Positions 39,949 through 46,654 of a DNA stretch of 46,654 bases are shown here, piece by piece. The stretch is from Bacteroidota bacterium (GTDB taxonomy: Bacteria > Bacteroidota > Bacteroidia > Bacteroidales > FEN-979). The notes beneath the pieces were generated by a model. It was given only the letters and a program-made list of their open reading frames with translations, did not search any database and was not told the origin of the DNA. Each line of letters starts with the position of its first letter. Position 1 is the stretch's first letter. The translations under genes were made by a program, and so were the position numbers. The DNA is taken from positions 1 through 46,654 of the forward strand of contig JAPLDH010000010.1 in the NCBI GenBank assembly GCA_026391355.1. The letters run 5' to 3'.

Positions 39949-40377
39949 ATGAAAAAAGAAATCGAAGGATTGTTTTACTCACGTGTTTCAGGGTTATATA
40001 CTGACTATGTTAAGGTAAAAGAGGCAATTATATCTGCTGAGAATCTGAACCCGGAAAAAAGGGTTTACATCGCTCCATTGAATCAACTTCGGAGTGCTTT
40101 AGATCATATCTTGAAAGCTTCTGTTGCTGAAACCAAAGAATCAATTGAATACGAATTGGTTGAAGCCAAATCACATATTAATAGAGCCGGATATGATGCA
40201 TTTGAGATAACAGCAACAAATTTATTCCCATTGATTCGAAGTACTCTTTACCTATACACATTTTTCTTCCTTGATTTATTTCCTGCCAATATACCCAATC
40301 CGAATAATAATGACACAGAACCAACTCGACTTACTTTGCGGGGAAACTCAATATACCATTACCGTGCTGATGGATGA
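39949..40377 (+). CDS. Hypothetical protein (143 aa from MKKEIEGLF). No family was recognised.
   Basis: This ORF sits downstream of repeat copy 1. The C-terminal third has odd composition, so the gene may be shorter or non-coding. Confidence 0.4.
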   Translation: MKKEIEGLFYSRVSGLYTDYVKVKEAIISAENLNPEKRVYIAPLNQLRSALDHILKASVAETKESIEYELVEAKSHINRAGYDAFEITATNLFPLIRSTLYLYTFFFLDLFPANIPNPNNNDTEPTRLTLRGNSIYHYRADG

Positions 40378-40597
40378 TCTTATTGATCAGTTACTGCGTT
40401 CCGATCTGTTGGTGTAAAAAAGAAGTGCCCATGTGCTTGAATTGAATAACCTGATGCGGTCTATCCAAGACTATGTTCTTCTTCTTTTTTTATTTTTCTG
40501 ATTGATGTTGATGTTTCCATAAATGTGACAAATAACAACAATTGTTTGCGTTTTCACAACAAATACCTTATTTTTAGAGCGTTAAAATCATCCTACT

Positions 40598-43075
40598 ATG
40601 AAAAAGCAAATTCTATTTACAATTTTTGCAGCAACCCAGTTATTTATTGCTGTTCATCTTTCCGCACAGGTTGGGATTAACACTGATAACAGTGCTCCTG
40701 ACCCTTCAGCAGGATTGGATGTAAAATTTACCAACAAGGGTTTCCTGCTACCACGTGTCGCACTCACCGCAATTAATTCTGCGGATCCTATTACGGCTCC
40801 TGCTATTGGTTTGCTTGTTTATAATACCGCAAATGCAGGCACTCCGCCAAACAATGTAATAACCGGGTATTATTGCTGGAATGGGACGCAATGGATCCCA
40901 GTTTTACCTCCCCAAGGTACAAACGTTGGCGATATGCTTTACTGGAACGGCACACAATGGATTGGCGTACCGGTTGGAACAAATGGACAAGCACTTATCT
41001 TGGATAACGGAATCCCTGTTTGGGGTGGAGTTCAGCTTCCAATCCTATACACAATGGAAATATCAAGCGTGACAGACATCACAGCAACCAGTGGTGGCAC
41101 TATTGTAAGTGACGGAGGTGCTGCTGTGACATCCCGCGGTGTTTGTTGGAGTACAAACACAATCCCGACGATTATAGACAGCCACACAACAGATGGGATT
41201 AGTACCGGTGTGTTTGTTAGCGATTTGACAGGACTTATTGCAAATACTATATATTATGTCAGGGCTTATGCAACAAATAGTTCCGGAACTTCTTATGGTA
41301 ATCAGCAAAGCTTTACTGCCGGCCAAACATTAGCAACATTAACGACGGCCACTATCATAAACATTACTTCAAATGCAGCGACTGGTGGAGGAAATATCCT
41401 ATCGGATGGTGGAGCATCAGTAACCGCCCATGGAGTATGTTGGAGTACCGGTACTAACCCAACAATTGCAGACAACCATTCTTCTGATGGAATAGGAACT
41501 GGTACTTTTATCAGCAGCCTTACAGGACTTACCCCAAACACCTCTTATAACGTCAGGGCCTATGCGACAAACATTATCGGGACTTCATATGGCAACCAGG
41601 TGACATTTTCGACATTGGCAGATCTGCCGGCCTTGACCACAGATCCGGTCACAAGTATTGCTCCAACCACTGCCACAAGCGGTGGAAACATTTCATCTGA
41701 TGGTGGAGCGACAGTTACAGTCCGCGGAGTATGCTGGAGCACCAGCGCGAACCCGACCCTTGCAGACAGCCATTCTTCAGATGGAATTGGAACCGGTACT
41801 TTTATAAGCAACCTGACAGGACTTGCAGCAAATACCTTTTATTACGTAAGAGCTTATGCAACAAACAGTTCTGGAATTTCTTATGGTAATCAGAGAACAT
41901 TTTCTTCATCTTCTTTCTATATCGGACAAAGTTATGGAGGTGGAATAATATTCTATGTTGATGGCACAGGCCGACGTGGGCTGATTGCTGACACGAATGA
42001 TCTAAGTACAGGAGCACCATGGGGCTGTTTCGGAGTCTCAACTGGTGCAACAGGGACAGACATTGGAACTGGACAAGCAAATACCACAGCTATTATAAAT
42101 GTATGCAGCACGTATGGTATAGCAGCCCGTATATGTGATGATCTTGTTTTGAACGGTTATGATGACTGGTTTTTGCCATCGAAGGACGAACTGAACCAAT
42201 TGTACAGTCAAAAAAATGTTATTGGCGGTTTTGCTACCAACTACTATTGGAGTTCCTCCGAGGACGATGCTAACGCCGCATGGTTCCAGCATTTCTATGA
42301 TGGCTACCAGTACTACGACAGAAAGGACTACACCTACTGTGTGCGTGCTGTGAGGGCTTTTGGCTGCACAACACAGCCAGCACCAATAGCAGGTACCAAT
42401 ATTCCTTCGCTAACCCAGATCGTGTGGAACTGGAATACTGTCTCCGAGGCTACAGGTTATAAGTGGAACACTACGAACAATTACAGTACGGCTTCCGATA
42501 TGGGAAATGCTACAACAAATACAGAAACCGGGCTTATTCCAGACTCTTTGTATACAAGATATGTTTGGTCATACAATATTTGTGGAAATTCAACAGCAAC
42601 AACTTTAAGTCAAACTACACTTTCATTCTCTATTGGATTAAGTTATGGAGGTGGAATAATCTTCTATATTGATGGTACAGGCAATCACGGGTTAATAGCC
42701 GCCCCCAGCGACCAGAGTACCGGAGCTCAATGGGGCTGTTACGGAACCTCTATTGGTGGCACGGGGACAGCAATTGGCACAGGACAAGCTAATACGACGG
42801 CAATTGTTAACGGATGCAGTGAGTCTGACATAGCAGCAAAAATTTGCGATAACCTTGTGCTGAACGGATATAGCGACTGGTTTTTACCATCGAAAGATGA
42901 GCAGAACCAAATGTACAGTCAAAAAAATGTTATTGGCGGTTTTGCTAACTACGACTATTGGAGTTCCTCCGAGTACAATGCCAGCTACACATGGGCCCAG
43001 CACTTCTCCAATGGCTTTCAGTACGGCTACGGTAAGAACTACACAAGCTATGTGCGTGCAGTTCGGGTTTTTTAA
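40598..43075 (+). CDS. Secreted repeat protein of 825 aa. It has a signal peptide, an N-terminal domain with YxWNGTQW motifs, four roughly 85-aa tandem modules, a DUF1566-like domain, an FN3-like domain and a second DUF1566-like domain.
   Basis: The signal peptide is MKKQILFTIFAATQLFIAVHLSAQ. The four modules share the pattern GG.I.SDGGA.VT.RGVCWST...PT....HS.DGIGTGTF.S.LTGL..NT.YYVRAYATN..GTSYGNQ. The two C-terminal-type domains carry DWFLPSKDE(L/Q)NQ(L/M)YSQKNVIGGF (DUF1566/Lcl-like) and share long near-identical nucleotide stretches. The antisense ORFs are artefacts. Confidence 0.8.
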   Translation: MKKQILFTIFAATQLFIAVHLSAQVGINTDNSAPDPSAGLDVKFTNKGFLLPRVALTAINSADPITAPAIGLLVYNTANAGTPPNNVITGYYCWNGTQWIPVLPPQGTNVGDMLYWNGTQWIGVPVGTNGQALILDNGIPVWGGVQLPILYTMEISSVTDITATSGGTIVSDGGAAVTSRGVCWSTNTIPTIIDSHTTDGISTGVFVSDLTGLIANTIYYVRAYATNSSGTSYGNQQSFTAGQTLATLTTATIINITSNAATGGGNILSDGGASVTAHGVCWSTGTNPTIADNHSSDGIGTGTFISSLTGLTPNTSYNVRAYATNIIGTSYGNQVTFSTLADLPALTTDPVTSIAPTTATSGGNISSDGGATVTVRGVCWSTSANPTLADSHSSDGIGTGTFISNLTGLAANTFYYVRAYATNSSGISYGNQRTFSSSSFYIGQSYGGGIIFYVDGTGRRGLIADTNDLSTGAPWGCFGVSTGATGTDIGTGQANTTAIINVCSTYGIAARICDDLVLNGYDDWFLPSKDELNQLYSQKNVIGGFATNYYWSSSEDDANAAWFQHFYDGYQYYDRKDYTYCVRAVRAFGCTTQPAPIAGTNIPSLTQIVWNWNTVSEATGYKWNTTNNYSTASDMGNATTNTETGLIPDSLYTRYVWSYNICGNSTATTLSQTTLSFSIGLSYGGGIIFYIDGTGNHGLIAAPSDQSTGAQWGCYGTSIGGTGTAIGTGQANTTAIVNGCSESDIAAKICDNLVLNGYSDWFLPSKDEQNQMYSQKNVIGGFANYDYWSSSEYNASYTWAQHFSNGFQYGYGKNYTSYVRAVRVF

Positions 43076-43076
43076 C

Positions 43077-43100
43077 AACCTGCCTGCCGGTAGGCAGGTT
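43077..43100 (+). terminator. Candidate intrinsic terminator hairpin immediately after the stop codon. The stem is AACCTGCC / GGCAGGTT.
   Basis: An 8-bp GC-rich stem with an 8-nt loop is followed by TTAACTATTT. Confidence 0.35.
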
Positions 43101-43254
43101 TAACTATTTAAAACTTCGACAAGCTCAGTACATCGCAATTTGTTAATCATCAAGTGCGGGGTCGAAATTTTTTAAGAAACCATGGCATTGTATTACGAGT
43201 TACCGGTGTTGTAAATTTACCCATTCATTTTGATAAATACAAAAAATATCCTTT

Positions 43255-43530
43255 TACAATCAGGTCGTAACAGGATATTTTTTGTACGGAAATTAGCACA
43301 TTAAAAACGATATTACTCCTAATGGAACTATCTGACAACCTCTAATCCAGATTGCGGTACTTCCAATCGATTTCTTGGAAAGGACTTTTGAACGCCCAGT
43401 ATTGGAAAAATAGTAGGTCTTGACCACCCTCTGCCGGGTAAAGTTGGTCACTTTATCTTTATAACATTCAATGAGATAAGGTGGTCAAGATATTCCCGTG
43501 GGAATTGTCAGTGTGAACGGTTTTTCCAAA
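43255..43530 (+). repeat. Copy 2 of the roughly 250-bp structured repeat. The core is about 43398-43530. This copy is preceded by a 15-bp AT-rich hairpin at 43247-43297.
   Basis: Same orientation as copy 1. It ends about 135 nt upstream of the flotillin-like gene start. Confidence 0.7.
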
Positions 43531-43663
43531 AATACCCAAAAAACTTGTACACCTTTCAGGAATATGCTATAATTGATAAAAATTTTCACTGATAAAACCA
43601 CTAAGGAGAAAGCTGAAAATCCTAAAAAGAGTAAGTGCTATTAACACAGGAGTTTAACGTATT

Positions 43664-45706
43664 ATGAGTTATATCGCAACAAATGTGCTCTTCATTTTGC
43701 TGGGCATTTTTATTCTGGTGACAATCCTCAGTGGGTTCGTCAATGTAAGAGGGTTAAATATCTGTCTGCTTGAGAGAAAGTACTTTGGGAAAGAAATGGT
43801 TGGCCGCACTGTCGCACTCCATAATGAGGTCGGCCTTCAGGCCAGAACCCTCGGTCCGAATCTTCATTTCCTGTTCCCGTTCATCTATAAGACCAGGAAG
43901 GTTCCTTTCAAATTTATCAGTGAAGGTAAAGTCGGGTTGATTCGGGCGATGGCCGGTGCAACGATCCCCAGCGGACAGATCTTTGCAAAAGTTGTTTCAT
44001 GTAACAATTTCCAGGACGGAGAAGCTTTTATCAACAATGGAGGCCAAAAAGGGCCACAAGTCCAGTTTCTTCCTCCGGGTCAGTACATGATCAATCCATA
44101 CCTTTTTGAGGTAGAGGAAGTTGATGAGATTGAAATCCCAAAAGGAAAGTTAGCCGTAATCACAGCAACAGATGGCAAGCCACTCGACCCCGGTCGTTTA
44201 TTGGGAAAAAGAATTGAGGGTCATGCGAATTTCTCAAATGGAGATCTGTTTCTTCAGAATGGTGGCCAAAAAGGCCCACAGAGTGATATCCTTCAGCCTG
44301 GAACCCACCGTATCAATATCTGGCTTTTCGATTACACGATCGTTGATGCAACCATCGTTGAGTCGAAAAAAATAGGCCTGGTAACAGCAAAAGACGGCCA
44401 GCCTCTTCCTCCGACAGAATTGATCGCCATCTCCGTGGAAGGACACAGTAATTTCCAGGATGCTCAGGCATTTTTGGATAAAGGTGGCCAGAGAGGTCCC
44501 CAGCTTGATCTTCTGAAACCCGGAACCTACTATGTGAATCCTTACATGTTTGAAGTAACTTTTGCGGATGTGGCGGAAGTCAAAAGAGGCCAGGTTGCAG
44601 TGATCATTTCCAATGTAGGGAAAGAACATCCGACCATCGGAAAACTTCAAAAAGAAGATCCTAAAACAAAAGAGGGTATCAAAGAAGTGGAAGTAAGATT
44701 GGATGCCGGCATTGAGAGGTACGTTGTTCCCCAGGGATATCGCGGTATCCAGGAAGAAGTTGCAGGTCCGGGTGTTTATTATTTAAACACAAATGCCTTT
44801 ATCCCGCATATCGTCGATACCACCAACATTACCATCGACTGGGATGAAGGAGAAAAGAACCAGTTCAATCCGCTGGCGATCGTATCCAAGGATGCGTTTG
44901 AGATGAAAGTTTCCGTGAAAGTGATCATCCGCATCCGCCCTGACCAGGCACCTTACATGATCTCCAAAATCGGCTCTATTGATAATCTCATCAATCATGT
45001 GATCCATCCGATGATTGATTCGAGTTTCCGAAACCAGGCTTCAGCAACTTCTGCCATGAACTTTATGCAGGATCGTCATGAAGAACAGGAAAAAGCAGAA
45101 AACCGCACAAGAACCGAGCTCGAAAAATACCATGTTGAACTGGTATCTGTTCTCATCTGCCAGATCCAGCTTCCTCCGGATCTCATGGCAACACAGACAG
45201 CAAGGGTGATCGCCGAGCAACAGAAAGAGATGTACAACAAAGAAATGGAGGCCCAGGAGACCCGGATTGCGATGGAGTCAAAAAAGGCGGAAGCAGACAA
45301 GCAGGGTGTTCTTGTTCAGTCGAGTATTGACCTTAAGATTGCCGAGAACATGAAGAAGAAGGTCATCCTTGATGCAGAAGGTAAAGGGGGAGCTAAAAAA
45401 GCTGAAATGGCAGGTGAAGCAGAAGGAACAGAACTTCTCGGTAGAGCAAAAGGTGTCGCTGCAGCAGCAGAAGGAGAAGGTATTGCAAAAGGTTACGAAG
45501 CACAGAAAAAAGCGCTTACTCCGGATGGTATTGTGGCGATTGAAATTTCAAAACAAATTGCAATCGGCCAAATCAAAGTTACACCTGATATTATGATCCA
45601 GGGAAATTCTGATGGTTCATCCTTACTCCCGATCCTCTCAGGACTTCTGGTTCAGAAGCTCGGAGGTTCTCTTAAGGAAAAAACACCTGACACAAAATCT
45701 GAATAA
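43664..45706 (+). CDS. Flotillin/SPFH (band-7) family membrane protein with three internal roughly 65-aa tandem repeats.
   Basis: An N-terminal transmembrane helix is followed by 3 x (GGQKGPQ...PG.Y.INPY.FEV...). Then come an SPFH-like core and the flotillin-type Glu/Ala/Lys-rich coiled-coil tail. Confidence 0.75.
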   Translation: MSYIATNVLFILLGIFILVTILSGFVNVRGLNICLLERKYFGKEMVGRTVALHNEVGLQARTLGPNLHFLFPFIYKTRKVPFKFISEGKVGLIRAMAGATIPSGQIFAKVVSCNNFQDGEAFINNGGQKGPQVQFLPPGQYMINPYLFEVEEVDEIEIPKGKLAVITATDGKPLDPGRLLGKRIEGHANFSNGDLFLQNGGQKGPQSDILQPGTHRINIWLFDYTIVDATIVESKKIGLVTAKDGQPLPPTELIAISVEGHSNFQDAQAFLDKGGQRGPQLDLLKPGTYYVNPYMFEVTFADVAEVKRGQVAVIISNVGKEHPTIGKLQKEDPKTKEGIKEVEVRLDAGIERYVVPQGYRGIQEEVAGPGVYYLNTNAFIPHIVDTTNITIDWDEGEKNQFNPLAIVSKDAFEMKVSVKVIIRIRPDQAPYMISKIGSIDNLINHVIHPMIDSSFRNQASATSAMNFMQDRHEEQEKAENRTRTELEKYHVELVSVLICQIQLPPDLMATQTARVIAEQQKEMYNKEMEAQETRIAMESKKAEADKQGVLVQSSIDLKIAENMKKKVILDAEGKGGAKKAEMAGEAEGTELLGRAKGVAAAAEGEGIAKGYEAQKKALTPDGIVAIEISKQIAIGQIKVTPDIMIQGNSDGSSLLPILSGLLVQKLGGSLKEKTPDTKSE

Positions 45707-45718
45707 CGTTTAACGGAT

Positions 45719-46654
45719 TTATGAGTTGCATTCGCTTTTTATGATCACTTCCAGCTCCCCGGCAGGAATTACCTTGATATTTTCCCGCAAAGGATAGCTC
45801 CTTTTTCCGGGATAGATTATGAATAACCGATCCAGTTTCAGATCCTCGAAAGCGAGGTGCATAGACTTTGTCAGACCCGGTGCGTCGGCAAATTTAATTT
45901 CAATGCCTGTCCGCTTACCGTTAATGACTGTAAACAAATCCAATTCTGACCCTGCATGTGTAGCCCAATACCACACCGGGGTTTCCAGCAGGGCAATGAC
46001 CTGTTCTACGATAAATCCCTCCCAGGAGGCTCCATTTTTCGGATGAAGCCTGATCTGGTCATCTTTCAGCAATAATAAAGCATGTAACAGGCCACTGTCG
46101 CGGATATATATTTTTGGGGATTTGACCTGCCGCTTTCCGATATTCTCATACCAGGGTTGCAACTGCCTGATCACATATGCCCCGCTAAGAAGATCCATAT
46201 ATCGTCGGGCTGTGGGTTCAGTTGCACCGATCGCTCTTGCGAACTCAGAACCATTCCAGGTCTGTCCGTGATAGTGGGCAAGCATCGTCCAGAAACGGCG
46301 AAGTGTTTCGGATGGTACCGTTATCCCTAATTGAGGGATATCTCTTTCCAGAAAAGTACGGATAAAATCCTGCCGCCAGGAATAACTCTCCTCTTCACTT
46401 AAAGCAAGAAAAGACCGGGGAAATCCTCCCCGATACCAAAGTCTTGTCAAATCCCTGCCTGATAATTCAGAAATATCAAATCCCGACATATCAATAAATG
46501 CCACCCTGCCTGCAAGTTTCCGTCCCGAACCAAACCGATACCACTTCCTGAGATAAATTGATACCACCAAAATATGGGAATTTCGCGGACGTAAAAAAGG
46601 ACGTCTATGCGAACCCTGATATGCCGGCATTGCGGCAAAGAAGTTCGATCGAAC
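45719..46654 (-). pseudogene. DUF4143 AAA-ATPase family gene that is frameshifted and runs off the window end (5' end missing).
   Basis: The 303-aa frame carries RKLAGRVAFIDMSGF (the SLAGR...PLSF motif) and the DUF4143 region. A different frame (46447-46654) carries the upstream YQFISGSGIGL (YKLIVSGSGSLEL) motif. Both frames are open to the window edge, so there is a frameshift near 46490-46500 or a sequencing error. Confidence 0.5.

Noticed and set aside
41063-42292. Chain of antisense ORFs (41063-41326, 41302-41541, 41560-41811, 41802-42080, 42038-42292, all minus) inside the DUF1566-like repeat protein gene.
   Set aside because: They are artefacts of the repetitive, low-stop-codon sense sequence. 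The sense ORF has a signal peptide and a coherent domain structure.

Overview
This 46.6-kb window looks like Bacteroidota chromosomal DNA. The evidence is two cargo proteins with type IX secretion system (T9SS) C-terminal sorting domains, Bacteroidetes-type TAnnTTTG -7 promoter boxes, and DUF4143 ATPases. The sequence is AT-rich.

Coding content, in order:
- A giant 3205-aa secreted beta-helix repeat protein (486-10103, +) with no recognisable T9SS C-terminal domain, followed by a short decayed transposase-like remnant.
- A DUF4143 AAA ATPase, an MltD-like LysM lytic transglycosylase, and a cation-diffusion-facilitator transporter.
- A small toxin-antitoxin-like cluster: a DUF4160/DUF2442 pair and a divergent HigB(Gp49)/HigA(XRE) pair.
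- A T9SS-secreted agmatine-deiminase / Porphyromonas-type peptidylarginine-deiminase (PAD)-family enzyme, then lysS and recO.
- A PorZ-like propeller-repeat T9SS cargo protein.
- A tightly coupled minus-strand block miaB / wza / wzc / cysD / cysN. The Wzc tyrosine tail is an unusually regular (YG)n run encoded by a hexanucleotide repeat.
- topA, an arginase-family protein, ruvC, a lysylphosphatidylglycerol-synthase-like membrane protein, a GT2 glycosyltransferase, ispD, queA and a HAD hydrolase.

The least ordinary region is non-coding, at about 39.0-43.5 kb:
- A tRNA-Met(CAT) gene is embedded in four separate arrays of tandem 7-nt-period repeats. A fifth heptamer array sits at 33.63 kb.
- Next comes a roughly 250-bp structured repeat whose core is bounded by terminal inverted repeats. 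A second, same-orientation copy lies 3.7 kb downstream.
- The two copies bracket an orphan 143-aa ORF and an 825-aa secreted repeat protein. That protein has four roughly 85-aa modules and two DUF1566-like domains that are near-identical at the nucleotide level.
- A flotillin/SPFH-family protein with an internal triple repeat follows.
- A frameshifted DUF4143 ATPase gene runs off the window end.

I found no CRISPR array, rRNA, integrase or intact IS element.
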